From assembly GCA_045863295.1 (NCBI GenBank), contig BTWA01000009.1, forward strand, positions 127,106 through 191,105: a DNA stretch of 64,000 nucleotides. Direction: 5' to 3'. The notes below the pieces were generated by a model that saw only the letters and a program-made list of their open reading frames with translations, had not been told where the DNA came from and made no database searches. Each line of letters opens with the position of its first letter. The first letter of the stretch is position 1. The translations under genes were made by a program, and so were the position numbers. This document shows positions 9,583 through 20,418 of the stretch, piece after piece. Source of the DNA: Candidatus Hydrogenedentota bacterium (GTDB lineage Bacteria; Hydrogenedentota; Hydrogenedentia; Hydrogenedentales; SLHB01).

Positions 9583-10209
9583 TCAGAACTTGTTTTCCTT
9601 GCCCTGTGCGAGGCGCACGATGTTGGCGCGGTGTTTGACAATGACCAGAAAGGCCAATACGGCCACGACAATTCTCAACGTCCAATCGTTGGGCAAGAGG
9701 TGCGAAGGGGCAGTGGCGATTTCGTGGGGCAGTGCAAACGCGGCAATGACCAAGGCCACGGCCGCCAGAATCGAGCCGAGGCTCACTGTCCGGGATATCT
9801 TGACCACCACGGCGAAAACGGCCACCGCAATCAGGGTAGGGAGGGGACTGATCGCCAGGAACACACCGGCGCTGGTGGCGACTCCCTTGCCGCCTTTAAA
9901 CTTGAGAAACACGGATGCCAGGTGCCCCAGGATGGCCGCAACGCCACAGGCCAGCGCCGCGTAGGGCCATGGACTCAATTTTGATAGTACGAGCGCCGCC
10001 ACAAGGCCCTTCATCATGTCACCGGCGAGGGCCGCAGCGCCAAGCCCCTTTCCAAGCACGCGGAGCGTATTTGTGGCGCCGATGTTCTTGCTGCCGTGTT
10101 CGCGGATATCAATGCCGCGCAGCCACCGGCCCAGCCACAGGCCTGTGGGGACGGAACCCAAGACGTACGACAGCAGCAGTGCTGCGGCCGTCCACGCGTA
10201 GCCTGTCAT
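9583..10209 (-). CDS. plsY: Glycerol-3-phosphate acyltransferase PlsY
   Basis: GSVPTG, DIREHGSKNIGATN, FKGGKGVA, KHRANI. Confidence 0.96.
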   Translation of the reverse strand: MTGYAWTAAALLLSYVLGSVPTGLWLGRWLRGIDIREHGSKNIGATNTLRVLGKGLGAAALAGDMMKGLVAALVLSKLSPWPYAALACGVAAILGHLASVFLKFKGGKGVATSAGVFLAISPLPTLIAVAVFAVVVKISRTVSLGSILAAVALVIAAFALPHEIATAPSHLLPNDWTLRIVVAVLAFLVIVKHRANIVRLAQGKENKF

Positions 10210-11567
10210 TCCTTGCTTGATCCTTTTGCATCGCGCTGCTCTTCGCGCAGTTCAAATTTCAGCGGCACGCCTTCGAAGCCGAATCGCTCGCGAAACCGGT
10301 TTTCCAGAAAGCGCATGTAGCTGAAGTGAAACAATTTCTTGCTGTTGACAAACAATACGATTACGGTTGGCTTAACGCCCGCTTGTGTAGCGTACTTAAC
10401 GCGTGCCTGCTTGCCTTTGTGTATCGCCGCCGCCACGTTGTCCCGGATGCTCGCAAGGAACTTGTTCATTTCCGGCGTAGATACGCGCTTCGAGGTTTCG
10501 GCGGCCACACGGTCGATAAATTCGAACGTACTGAACAAGCGTTGGCGAGTGAGGTTTGAGATTGTTACCGACGGCACGTAGGACAAAAATGGCGCCTTGA
10601 GGCCGATTTCGTCCTCGATTTCCTTGATGCGGCGTTCTTTTTCCTCAACCAGATCCCACTTGGTCCAGACAAGGACCATGCCGCGCCCCTGTTCTTCCAC
10701 ATATTGGATGATCTTCTTGTCTTGATCGGTTATGCCTTCGGTGGCATCCATCATGACCAGGGCGACGTCGCACCGCCGAATCGCGCGTAGCGAACGCGCC
10801 ACGGTGAAGTACTCCACGTCTTCGCTTATCTTGCCGCGTTTACGCATGCCGGCGGTATCGATGAGGACGTAATCGCTGCCTTTCCAGTGGAAGCGAATGT
10901 CGATGGCGTCGCGCGTGGTGCCGGGCGTATTATCGACAATGGTGCGTTCTTCATTCAGCACGGCGTTTACAAACGACGATTTTCCCACGTTCGGTTTGCC
11001 GACAATGGCTACGCGGATAACCGTGTCGTCCAGCGGTTCCGGCTCTTCGTCCTCTGTTTCCGGCAGGTGGGCTATTACGGCCTCCAGGAGATCGCCGATG
11101 CCGACGCCGTGTCCTGAGGAAATGCCGTAGGGTTCTCCCAGTCCAAGGCTGAAGAACTCCATTTTGTTCAATTCGAGCTTTGCATTGTCGAGTTTGTTCA
11201 CCGCGAGCACGACCGGTTTGCCGAGTCTGAACAGTTCGTCGCGTACTTCCTCATCGACGCGCGTTATTTCCTGCTGGCCGTCCACCACGAAGATGACGGC
11301 GGCAGCCTCTTGCAGCGCGGCGCGTACCTGTTCCTGCATCTTCCGGGTGATGGGATCGGTCGGGTTTTCCACCACGCCGCCGGTGTCGACGATACGGAAT
11401 CGACGCCCTTCGAATTCCGCCTCGCCGTAGGTGCGGTCGCGGGTGATGCCTTCCTCATAGTGGACAATGGCATGCTGTCGCCCGATGATGCGGTTGTATA
11501 GCGTGGATTTCCCCACGTTTGGCCTGCCACAGATGGCCACCAGCGGCAGCGTTTTTCGGGGAATCAT
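10206..11567 (-). CDS. der: Ribosome biogenesis GTPase Der (EngA)
   Basis: Two G domains (GRPNVGKS; GKPNVGKS, DTAG) and KH-like C-terminus. Confidence 0.97.
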   Translation of the reverse strand: MIPRKTLPLVAICGRPNVGKSTLYNRIIGRQHAIVHYEEGITRDRTYGEAEFEGRRFRIVDTGGVVENPTDPITRKMQEQVRAALQEAAAVIFVVDGQQEITRVDEEVRDELFRLGKPVVLAVNKLDNAKLELNKMEFFSLGLGEPYGISSGHGVGIGDLLEAVIAHLPETEDEEPEPLDDTVIRVAIVGKPNVGKSSFVNAVLNEERTIVDNTPGTTRDAIDIRFHWKGSDYVLIDTAGMRKRGKISEDVEYFTVARSLRAIRRCDVALVMMDATEGITDQDKKIIQYVEEQGRGMVLVWTKWDLVEEKERRIKEIEDEIGLKAPFLSYVPSVTISNLTRQRLFSTFEFIDRVAAETSKRVSTPEMNKFLASIRDNVAAAIHKGKQARVKYATQAGVKPTVIVLFVNSKKLFHFSYMRFLENRFRERFGFEGVPLKFELREEQRDAKGSSKE

Positions 11568-12124
11568 AGTGCGTTGTCCTTACTTCTCACTTGGCCTATT
11601 CCATCGACGATATAGTCGAGCAGCGACAAAAGGGTCACCGCCACCATGGTATAAAGGATTCCGGTCACCCACGCGCCCGGCAATTCCAGCAAAACCGCGA
11701 CGATCGCAGTCATTTGCGCCGCCGTGGTCAGTTTGCCCAATACGTGTGGAGCTGCTTTCACCGGACCGTAGTGCTCGTTGATAAGATATGCCCCCAACAC
11801 GACAACCACGTCGCGTCCGAGCACGATGACCGGCACCCATTTGGGTACTGGAGTCAAAAACGCGTCATTTACCGCCAGAAACACGAATGTCAGATTCAGC
11901 AGCAGCTTATCCGCGAGGGGGTCGAGCGCCATGCCCAGCTTTGTGCGCTGATTCCATTTTCGGGCAACCAGCCCGTCCACACCATCACTCGCGGCTGCGG
12001 TCAGGAACACGCCCAACGCGGCATACCGCAGCCATTGCTGTTCACGCGTGTACAAAACAACCAGTGCGGCAAACACAGGAATAAGGGCGACTCGCCCCAA
12101 CGTGATGTAGTTCGCGAGGGTCAC
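11564..12124 (-). CDS. CDP-alcohol phosphatidyltransferase (PgsA-like)
   Basis: ANYITLGR, SDGVDGLVAR...GMALDPLADK. Confidence 0.9.
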   Translation of the reverse strand: MTLANYITLGRVALIPVFAALVVLYTREQQWLRYAALGVFLTAAASDGVDGLVARKWNQRTKLGMALDPLADKLLLNLTFVFLAVNDAFLTPVPKWVPVIVLGRDVVVVLGAYLINEHYGPVKAAPHVLGKLTTAAQMTAIVAVLLELPGAWVTGILYTMVAVTLLSLLDYIVDGIGQVRSKDNAL

Positions 12125-12345
12125 GGGATTGCCTTTGACTGCATGCGGAGTCCGCTCTGGCCAACTTCACACATTGAGCGGAATGTTGGCGCGTTACGGC
12201 CCGTTTTGCTCCTCAACCGCCAAACAATTCCCCGGCGCGCAGGCGTTCAATATACGCAAACTATAGCAAATCAGGGAGTTACGGGTCAATTTTGCGTTAT
12301 GGTATCGACGTGCTTCGGATTGAGCGGGTATCAAACGGCTAATGC

Positions 12346-12732
12346 CTACACCCTCTCTTTGGCGTCCGGCAGGTAGAATTTGAGTTGTGCAAGCAACTCA
12401 GCGGGAGAGAACGGTTTGACGAGGAGGGTGACGGCGCCGACGGCCTGGGTTTTGGTCCAAGCGTCCTGTGCGTGGGCAGAGGAAATGCACACTACAGGGA
12501 TACCCTGGGTTTGCGGATTGATCTTCAATTGTTCGCAGACTTCGTAACCGCTCATCATAGGCATCATGATGTCGAGCAGAATCAAATCGGGCTGTTCCAT
12601 CTCGGCGAGATCCAGCGCGCTGATGCCGTCGTATGCCGACACCACCTCGTAGCCTTCGGTTTCAAGCGTGCGCTTGATGAAGGTTACGACATCGGGTTCA
12701 TCGTCCACCACCATGATCTTGCGATGTACCAC
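12346..12732 (-). CDS. Single-domain response regulator
   Basis: VVDDE, LLDIMMPMMSG, S/T site, KPF; GGAGG RBS. Confidence 0.93.
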   Translation of the reverse strand: MVHRKIMVVDDEPDVVTFIKRTLETEGYEVVSAYDGISALDLAEMEQPDLILLDIMMPMMSGYEVCEQLKINPQTQGIPVVCISSAHAQDAWTKTQAVGAVTLLVKPFSPAELLAQLKFYLPDAKERV

Positions 12733-12876
12733 GATCTACCTCCCTGCGCGGCCAGTTGTCCGCGATTCCGCTTTTCGCGACTGAAACGGCCTGCATTCGG
12801 TGCGCTGATGTCCAGTTCCATAGCGCTGTACGATGGTCAGTACTCACGTCTAGTCATTCGAGTCCGATCCGAGTAC

Positions 12877-13332
12877 CTAACGCCGGGGTCCTCGGCCTCC
12901 CACATGTAAGTCTATGGTGTACATACGGGAGGTTTCATGGATTGGCTGTACGGGCTTCTTACGTTCAATACGGATGGCTTTCGCGTTTCGCCTGCCAAAC
13001 TCTTCGCGCATCAATTGGACGCCGTGGTCAAGAAATCCCGCTTCCTCTTCAAACGCACGCACGATCGTGCCGATCACAGGTCCGGACATCGGTTCCTGAA
13101 AGTCGTCGTCCCGCATCATCTGCACGTGAATTTCCGTGCCTACGGGCAGGCAATCCAACATGCGTACGCGCATTCCGTAGGGAGACACATCGACGATGAC
13201 CCCGCGAAACAAGACTTCCGGCTCGCCACCGGCCCACAAGACACACGGACGGCACGTTTCGGTTCGAGGCGCAACACGCTTGCCACGGCGCAACGAACGC
13301 CGATCGGGGGAGAAGAACATGTCGTCAGGCAT
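12877..13332 (-). CDS. PilZ-domain protein (start uncertain)
   Basis: RVAPR (RxxxR) and DVSPYG (DxSxxG) c-di-GMP-binding motifs. Confidence 0.75.
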   Translation of the reverse strand: MPDDMFFSPDRRSLRRGKRVAPRTETCRPCVLWAGGEPEVLFRGVIVDVSPYGMRVRMLDCLPVGTEIHVQMMRDDDFQEPMSGPVIGTIVRAFEEEAGFLDHGVQLMREEFGRRNAKAIRIERKKPVQPIHETSRMYTIDLHVGGRGPRR

Positions 13333-13577
13333 AAAAAGCCAGCTCCTGCAACTACCCCTCGTCAGCCCAGTAAACCAATTCCCCATGATCTACCTGCACA
13401 GACTACCGGATGTGGCGGGTGAAGTCCAGCACCGGCCGCACCCGAAATCTTGGGGACTTATTGTGTTGGTTGTTCAGGTTCTGCAACTGGCTCGATGGTT
13501 AGTTGTTCCTGCGCACCCCGGTGGACACGCCCCTTGCCATAACGTAAACTCTGGCGGAGTCTTGTGGCGTATGCGCG

Positions 13578-16500
13578 TTGACAATCCACAACAGGGAGTG
13601 CGTTGTGCGAATTGGATTTGTAGGACTGGTCCTGACGTTAGCGAGTGCCTCTGCGTGGCCGGCGGCCAAGGACTCGTTGTGGGCCACCCTTGACGCATTT
13701 GCCCCCCCGGCGAGCCCGGGTGCGATTCCATGGGCCAAGCCGCTCCGTGGCGGCCCCATTCGTGTATTGGCGATTGCTCCCCGGTTTACTCGCATGGATT
13801 TCCACAATCTCGCAAACCGGCTTGACGCCGAAGTCGAGTTTGTTCCGCTCTGGAGTTCGATACAGGTGGTTCGACCGGACAGTGGCGACGATCCGGAGGA
13901 GATTTGGGACCGCGTGCGCAAAAGTTTTTCAGCGGCTCCGTCCACGCCAGAAGGGGAGGAAACGAAGGGGACGGGCCCTGCACTGAACGCACCGATTCAA
14001 GCGATCAAGAATCTTGTGGGGTCGAAAGGCTTTGACCTGTTCATTGCCGGGAATTTTGATTTCAATCTCATGCCCGGGGATGTGCTGCAGGGCATGTTCG
14101 ATCAGGTGCGCCAAGGCAAGGGCCTGATCGTGGCTCACCATCGCCACGCCGGATGTAAGGCCTTGCAGGACTTGCTCGCCGAAGTGGCCCCCATGGAAAC
14201 AACGGACGTGCTGACGCGCGGCGTCCTTTGGCAGGAAACGCCGGAGTGGGAGGGCGGAACCGGCTTTCTCGGCGCGGGGAGCCTTGGAAAAGGGAGGGTG
14301 GTCGAGTTCGATTATCCGAGTCCACCTCCGGCGACACATTGCCTTTTACCGGGCATCACCAATGGCATGGCCGCGGCGATGGAACACGAAGATACGTATT
14401 ACGCGCTGACCGTTCGCGCCGCCATTTGGGCGTCCGGCCGTGAAATGCCGGCCCATATCCGAGGGATTGACGTGCGTGAGTTGCCCAAACCCGATGAGGA
14501 GGAAATACCGGTCGATCTGGTAGGCGGCATGTTCGCGCAGGAGTACCAGCTCCCGTTTCAGGAGTACATCGTCCGATTCGGCGAACCGATACCCAAGGGG
14601 TGCCGGGTCAAGGTGCAGTTGCGTCGTCCGGGCATGCCTGAAGCGACGTTGGCCGGCACCCCCAAGGATTCGCCGGGCGAGGGCAGCGAGTCCTTTAGTT
14701 TTTCCCTGCCGAACGGCCCGGGGCAGCATTACCTTGACGTGTGGCTGATGCGCGACGATGCGGTCGTCGACTGGTTCAGCCAGCCTTTCTTCTACGACAG
14801 CTGGCCCAGCATCGAACGGCTGGAATTAGACAAGCCGATATTGTTGCCACACGATACGATTGGAGTGACTATCGATACCGGCGTGAATGCATTGCGCGCG
14901 ATGCCGACGCGCGCGTTGATTCGCGCCACGGATTCTCTGGGCCGGGTCGTGGCTGAAGTGATGGACGTGCTTCCACCCGATGGATCGGCTCGTCGCGTGC
15001 CTATGCCGGTGGCGGACCTGATGACCGATCGAGTGCGATTAGACGTGTTTGTGATGCCTCGCACTGAAGGCCGGGTCACATTTTGGGACATGTTTCACAG
15101 TGCGCATCGCCAAGAGTTTATGCCGGTCCGCCTGACGCAGCCTCCGCGCACAGTTGATGTCATTGCGAAGGTGGACGCCTCCACGGAGTACAACCAGCGC
15201 CGGCAATTCGTGGGACTGGCGAATGCGGGTATACGCAGAGTCTACGCCGAGGGCACGGAGGAAGGACTCTTCTACCTTGCTGAGGCCGGGCTTCGGTCAA
15301 TCGCGGAAGTGGCAGATTACCGTCCGATAGAAATCCTTGCGGACGGGCCCATACGCGTTCCCTGTCTGGAAGCTCCAACATTCCGGGCTGCCGAGGCCGA
15401 ACGACTGACGGCCGTAGGCAAGGCGCTTTCAGGTTATGGATCGTCTGTGTACAGCTTGGGCGACGGAAACGCGCTTACGACCGGTACTGAAAACGTTTGC
15501 CAGTCACCGGCAACATTGGAACAGTTCGCGGAGTACTTGAGGCGGCAATACGGTACGGTGAGTACGTTGAACAGTGCCTGGCACACCACGTATGCCGCCT
15601 GGACCGAGGCCAAACCTGCTCCGGAAGAGGGCGCCCGGCATTTTGGCGTGTACGCACCGTGGGTGGACTTCCGGCGATTCATGGATCAATCGTTTCTTGG
15701 AGCCCATGTGTTTGCCAAGGAGCAGCTTGTCAAAAGCGATCCGAATGCGCTGGCGGGGTTTGTCGCATTCTCCGAGTCGTCGATATATCAGGGATATGAC
15801 TGGCAAGCCATGGCATCGACGCTGGACTTTTTGGGGGTCGTTCCCGAATCGCCGGAAGTGGACTATGTACGATCGTTCCGCAAGAAGGATTCTCTAGCGG
15901 TGATAGATGTGACGGGCGAGTCGTTTCCGTTGCAGGGCGCGCGCGGCGCGTGGTTGCCGTGGTATGCCGCGGTCAACGGATTCAACGGAATTCTGTGGCC
16001 TGGCGCACTGGGCAGCGCGCTCGATGTGAGTGCTTCCACCGCCATCGCGCCGGATGGAAGCGTACTGGCCCAATCGCCGGAGTTCTTTGCCGAAGTGGCT
16101 GCGCTTAACGGCGGCATGTCCGCTCTTATCGCAGGAGCGGTGCGTTTTAATTCCGGCGTGGCGGTTTATGTCAGCCGGGAGTCAACGTTGGTGAATACGG
16201 TGAGGGATGGCACGCCGAACGCTTATGCTTCCGATGCGGCCGTGAGGCACATACTCTCGGCAATGGGCTATGCCTTTGATTGTGTTTCGCCCGACATGGC
16301 GATAGACGATGGCCTACTGGCGTATCAGTGCGTGATTCTGCCTGGCACACGATCCCTGAGCCTTTCTGAATGCGCCGCGCTGACAGAGTTTGTTGATAAC
16401 GGTGGCACGATCGTGGCCGATGTATTGCCGGGGATGTACGACGAGCACGGGCAAGCGAGGTTGAGTTCGCCGTTGAGTGAGTTGTTTGGCGTTGCGGTCG

Positions 16501-17351
16501 CGGATGAAGAATCCGGGTTGCCTGCGGCAAAAGCCCTGGTCGATGTATCCATCGGCGGCCAACGAATGATGCAACCCATCGATACCGTGTTGCCGTCGCA
16601 ATCGTTGAATGCCGGCACCGCGACGATTGGTGGCGTTGCCGGCGTTGTGCCGGTATGGTTGGTGCGCGAAACAGAGAGGGGCCGGGCCGTCTTGTTAAAT
16701 CACGGCTTTGCCCAACCTCAACCGGAAGCCGTTGAAGCCGTATCGAAGCTAACCGGATTTGTGCTGTCCGAAAGCGGCGCATTGCCGTCCTTGCTGATTC
16801 GAATGCGCAAGGGCGAACGGTTTGATGGTCAGACCGCTCTCTTTCAATTTGGACCGGCCCGGCTTGCGGTAGTACTGGCCCATCCGAATGCCGACGGCAA
16901 GGAACAGAAGATCACCCTGAACCTGGAGGGGTCGAAATCCGCATACGACCTGCGCACAGCGCTTCCCGTCGTGAATCCGAAGCGGATAAGCATCGATCTC
17001 GCACCCGGTGCAGCCGCGGTATACGCGGGTCTTCCGTATGACGTGACGGGGTTTGTAATAGAGACGGCGCCGAAGGTGATCGCTGGTGAACGAATTCCGA
17101 TCGTGGTCAAGGTTACCGCGCGCAATGCCGTGCCGGAACGGCACCTGGTACACGTGGATCTGGTGCCGATATTGACAGAGACGCCGGTTCCGCTGGCGCA
17201 CTACGCCCGTGACTTCATCTGCGAAAATGGGGAAGGCGAAACCTATATTCCGCTTGCGCACAACGAGAAGCCCGGATCGTACAAGGTCGTGGCGCGTGAC
17301 GTCATCACCGGTCAGACCGCGGAATGTCTGTTGCAGGTGCTGCAGAATTGA
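13578..17351 (+). CDS. Large secreted GH42/beta-galactosidase-like protein with trimerisation-type domain
   Basis: Signal peptide; FAEYLRRQYGTVSTLNSAWHTTY...WVDFRRFM; class I glutamine amidotransferase-like segment (FVDNGGTIVAD). Confidence 0.7.
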   Translation: MTIHNRECVVRIGFVGLVLTLASASAWPAAKDSLWATLDAFAPPASPGAIPWAKPLRGGPIRVLAIAPRFTRMDFHNLANRLDAEVEFVPLWSSIQVVRPDSGDDPEEIWDRVRKSFSAAPSTPEGEETKGTGPALNAPIQAIKNLVGSKGFDLFIAGNFDFNLMPGDVLQGMFDQVRQGKGLIVAHHRHAGCKALQDLLAEVAPMETTDVLTRGVLWQETPEWEGGTGFLGAGSLGKGRVVEFDYPSPPPATHCLLPGITNGMAAAMEHEDTYYALTVRAAIWASGREMPAHIRGIDVRELPKPDEEEIPVDLVGGMFAQEYQLPFQEYIVRFGEPIPKGCRVKVQLRRPGMPEATLAGTPKDSPGEGSESFSFSLPNGPGQHYLDVWLMRDDAVVDWFSQPFFYDSWPSIERLELDKPILLPHDTIGVTIDTGVNALRAMPTRALIRATDSLGRVVAEVMDVLPPDGSARRVPMPVADLMTDRVRLDVFVMPRTEGRVTFWDMFHSAHRQEFMPVRLTQPPRTVDVIAKVDASTEYNQRRQFVGLANAGIRRVYAEGTEEGLFYLAEAGLRSIAEVADYRPIEILADGPIRVPCLEAPTFRAAEAERLTAVGKALSGYGSSVYSLGDGNALTTGTENVCQSPATLEQFAEYLRRQYGTVSTLNSAWHTTYAAWTEAKPAPEEGARHFGVYAPWVDFRRFMDQSFLGAHVFAKEQLVKSDPNALAGFVAFSESSIYQGYDWQAMASTLDFLGVVPESPEVDYVRSFRKKDSLAVIDVTGESFPLQGARGAWLPWYAAVNGFNGILWPGALGSALDVSASTAIAPDGSVLAQSPEFFAEVAALNGGMSALIAGAVRFNSGVAVYVSRESTLVNTVRDGTPNAYASDAAVRHILSAMGYAFDCVSPDMAIDDGLLAYQCVILPGTRSLSLSECAALTEFVDNGGTIVADVLPGMYDEHGQARLSSPLSELFGVAVADEESGLPAAKALVDVSIGGQRMMQPIDTVLPSQSLNAGTATIGGVAGVVPVWLVRETERGRAVLLNHGFAQPQPEAVEAVSKLTGFVLSESGALPSLLIRMRKGERFDGQTALFQFGPARLAVVLAHPNADGKEQKITLNLEGSKSAYDLRTALPVVNPKRISIDLAPGAAAVYAGLPYDVTGFVIETAPKVIAGERIPIVVKVTARNAVPERHLVHVDLVPILTETPVPLAHYARDFICENGEGETYIPLAHNEKPGSYKVVARDVITGQTAECLLQVLQN

Positions 17352-17358
17352 CTCAGCT

Positions 17359-18045
17359 ATGATTGCCGGCATACATCAATTGCATTATCTGCCCTGGCTG
17401 CGCTACATCGAAAAGATGGCGCGGTGCGACGTGTTCATCGTGCTCGACAATATCCAATACAACAAGAACGGTTGGCAGAACCGAAACAGGATAAAGACCG
17501 CGAACGGGCCGTTGCTGCTGACAGTTCCCGTGCATGCGCGGCTTGGCGATACTTTAGATCAGGTCGCCATCAACAATGCCGTGCCTTGGCGCAAGAAGCA
17601 CCGTGCTTCGATCGAACAGGCGTACCGGCACGCACCGTTTTTCGACGCCTACTGGCCGCCCCTGGCTGCCGTGTATGAACACGAGTGGGCCATGCTGAAC
17701 GACCTTAACCGGGCCATGATCGACTGGTATGTCCGCGCGCTGGGTATTGGCTCGCGCATCGTCTATGCGTCGGAGTTGAATGCGCTTGGCACGGCCACGG
17801 AACGGTTGATCAATCTGATGAAAGCAGTGGACGGGACCCGGTACTACAGCGGCGCCTACGCGCTGGAGCAATATCTGGACGCGGAGGCGCTGGCCGCCGC
17901 GGGCATCGGCCTCGTCATTCAAGAATGGCGGGCTCCGGAGTATCCTCAGTTACACGGACCGTTTGTCCGCGATCTTTCGATACTCGACATGATGTTTCAC
18001 TGCGGACCGGATACGCTGTCCATTATTTTGGAGAAAAGATCGTGA
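17359..18045 (+). CDS. WbqC-family protein
   Basis: HQLHYLPWL, DNIQYNKNGWQNRNRIKT, WRKKH, YPQLHGPF..DLSILD. Confidence 0.92.
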   Translation: MIAGIHQLHYLPWLRYIEKMARCDVFIVLDNIQYNKNGWQNRNRIKTANGPLLLTVPVHARLGDTLDQVAINNAVPWRKKHRASIEQAYRHAPFFDAYWPPLAAVYEHEWAMLNDLNRAMIDWYVRALGIGSRIVYASELNALGTATERLINLMKAVDGTRYYSGAYALEQYLDAEALAAAGIGLVIQEWRAPEYPQLHGPFVRDLSILDMMFHCGPDTLSIILEKRS

Positions 18046-19025
18046 TACCGCACAGCGCGCCTACCGTCGGCGAAGCAGAGGCCGCGGCCGCCGCTCGTGT
18101 CATACATTCCGGGCATCTGTCGCAGGGGCGGGAGGTGGCGGCCTTCGAATCAGAATGCGCCGCTTTCGTTGGACGCCGGTTTGCGGTTGCGGTGAGCAGC
18201 GGCACAAGCGCGTTGCACCTTGCCCTCGCCGCCCTGGAATTGCCCGCGCATTCGCGCGTGGCCGTTCCCGCATATGCCTGCGCCTCGTTGTCTACGGCCG
18301 TGCATCTCTGCGGGTTGGTACCGTCCTTCATGGATATTGCTGACGGGTACAATGCCGACATTGCCCATTGCCCTCCCGATGCGGGGGCCGTGGTCGTTCC
18401 TCATCTGTTTGGGTTGCCCGCCCGCACGCCAACGGCCCGGCTTTGGATCGAGGACATTGCACAGTCCATCGGCGGTCCCACCGGGCAGGGCGGCCTGTTG
18501 ACAGTTGCATCTTTTTATGCGACTAAACTGATGACCACGGGCGAAGGCGGCATGGTGTTGACGGACGACCTTTCGTTAGCGGAACACGTTCGGGATCGGC
18601 GCGACTATGACAATCGGGATGATTTTAAGACACGATACAACTACAAGATGACCGACGTGCAGGCCGCGATCGGGCGTGAGCAGTTGCGCCGGTTGCCCGG
18701 GTTCGTCGATCGGCGCCGCGACGTTGCAAGCCGCTATCACGAAGCATTTGCCGGATTGCCGGTGGTATGTCCGGGAGGAGAGGGGCACGTGTACTTCCGG
18801 TATGTCATTGCGACGGATCGCCGCGCCGCGCTTCAGCGGCACTTGACTGAAGCCGGCGTGGAATCCAAGCGGCCTGTGCATTGCCCGTCTCATCACTATT
18901 TTGGCGGTCAATTCCCCGAAAGTGATCGTGCGCATGAACGATGCCTGTCATTGCCGATCTATCCAACACTCACGGCTGAATCGAGGCAACGAGTCGTCGA
19001 AGCCGTGCGCCGGTTTTTCGAGTGA
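18042..19025 (+). CDS. DegT/DnrJ/EryC1/StrS aminotransferase
   Basis: SSGTSALH, IEDIAQS, SFYATKLMTTGEGG, YNYKMTD; GTG start overlaps wbqC stop. Confidence 0.92.
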   Translation: MIPHSAPTVGEAEAAAAARVIHSGHLSQGREVAAFESECAAFVGRRFAVAVSSGTSALHLALAALELPAHSRVAVPAYACASLSTAVHLCGLVPSFMDIADGYNADIAHCPPDAGAVVVPHLFGLPARTPTARLWIEDIAQSIGGPTGQGGLLTVASFYATKLMTTGEGGMVLTDDLSLAEHVRDRRDYDNRDDFKTRYNYKMTDVQAAIGREQLRRLPGFVDRRRDVASRYHEAFAGLPVVCPGGEGHVYFRYVIATDRRAALQRHLTEAGVESKRPVHCPSHHYFGGQFPESDRAHERCLSLPIYPTLTAESRQRVVEAVRRFFE

Positions 19026-19038
19026 CTGGCAAAAGCGC

Positions 19039-20418
19039 TTAGAGATCCACAGGCACGCCTTCTTTCTGAATGTGGACATTCCGGCATCCCGCGTCTTCCA
19101 GTCCGGACTTCAGTGCTTGGAGTGCTTCTTCTTCTCCATGGACCAGGAGAATCTTGCCGGCTGTATCCTTAAATCGCGATCCAAAGGCAATGAGTTCCGA
19201 CCGGCCCGCGTGTGCGCTTAGCGAGTTTAAGACAACAACTTCCGCACGGAGGGGTTGTTTCACTCCGAATATCTTGATGTCCTTTTCCCGCTCCACGATT
19301 CGGCGGCCCAGCGTGTGTTTGGCTTGGAAACCGATGATGAGAATCGTATTCCGTTCATCTGCGCAATTGTTCCGCAGATGGTGGAGGATGCGTCCATACT
19401 CGCACATGCCCGAAGCCGAGATGATGATGATCGGTTCATCAATCTCGTTGATTTCCATCGACTCCTCGACACTGTGCACGTAGCGAATCCGTTTTAATAG
19501 GAATGGGTCGCCCGCGTCCGACATCAGGTTGGTCGTGCCGTCGTCGAATAAATCGGTGTGCAGGCGGAATACTTCCGTGATGTTGACGGTCATGGGACTG
19601 TCGACGAATACGCGCATCGTGGGAATCTTGTTCTTGGACTCGAGCAGCTTCAGCGTGTAAATGAATTCTTGGGCGCGCTCAAACGCGAATGAGGGAACAA
19701 TGACCTTGCCGCCGCGATTGTACGTGCGATTGATGGTTTCCGCCAATTTATGTTCCAGGGTCTCGATGGGATCGTGGTCGCGGTTGCCATAGGTGCTCTC
19801 CATCATGACCACGTCGGCTTGGGCCGGTTCCCACGGGTCGCGCAGGATCGGCATGTTTTTGCGTCCGATGTCGCCGCTGAAGAGGAATATCTTACGGCTG
19901 CCGTTTTCCTCGATTTCCGTGTGCACCATGGCGGAGCCCAGCACGTGGCCGGCGTCCCGGTAGGTGATGCGCACACCGGGCGCGACCTCAAACGGCATGT
20001 CGTAGGGAATGCACACAAAGTGCCGCATAACTTCCTGCACGTCTTCTTCCGAGTAGATGGGGGGCACGAAGGTTTGCTTTTTCTTGGACAGCCAGCGGGC
20101 ATCGCGCTCCTGAATGTGGGCGCTGTCCAGCAACATGACAGAACATAGATCGCGCGTGGCTGGGGTGGCGAAGATGCGCCCTTGAAAGTTGTGGCGCGCG
20201 AGAATGGGGAGCGTGCCGCAATGGTCGATATGTGCGTGGCTCAGTACCACGCACGACAGTGTCCGCCCGTCAAAGGGCAGTTGCTTGTTCTTCTGAAAGG
20301 TAATGTCGCGCCGGCCTTGAAACATTCCGCAGTCGAACAAAACGCGATGGCCGTTTACTTCAAGCAGATGCTTGCTGCCGGTAACATCTTCCGCGGCCCC
20401 GTACGACGTAATACGCAT
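19039..20418 (-). CDS. MBL-fold/beta-CASP metallo-hydrolase (RNA-processing type)
   Basis: GAAEDVTGS, SHAHIDH, AGHVLGS, SGDIG, ESTYG, SASGM, SAHA. Confidence 0.92.
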   Translation of the reverse strand: MRITSYGAAEDVTGSKHLLEVNGHRVLFDCGMFQGRRDITFQKNKQLPFDGRTLSCVVLSHAHIDHCGTLPILARHNFQGRIFATPATRDLCSVMLLDSAHIQERDARWLSKKKQTFVPPIYSEEDVQEVMRHFVCIPYDMPFEVAPGVRITYRDAGHVLGSAMVHTEIEENGSRKIFLFSGDIGRKNMPILRDPWEPAQADVVMMESTYGNRDHDPIETLEHKLAETINRTYNRGGKVIVPSFAFERAQEFIYTLKLLESKNKIPTMRVFVDSPMTVNITEVFRLHTDLFDDGTTNLMSDAGDPFLLKRIRYVHSVEESMEINEIDEPIIIISASGMCEYGRILHHLRNNCADERNTILIIGFQAKHTLGRRIVEREKDIKIFGVKQPLRAEVVVLNSLSAHAGRSELIAFGSRFKDTAGKILLVHGEEEALQALKSGLEDAGCRNVHIQKEGVPVDL

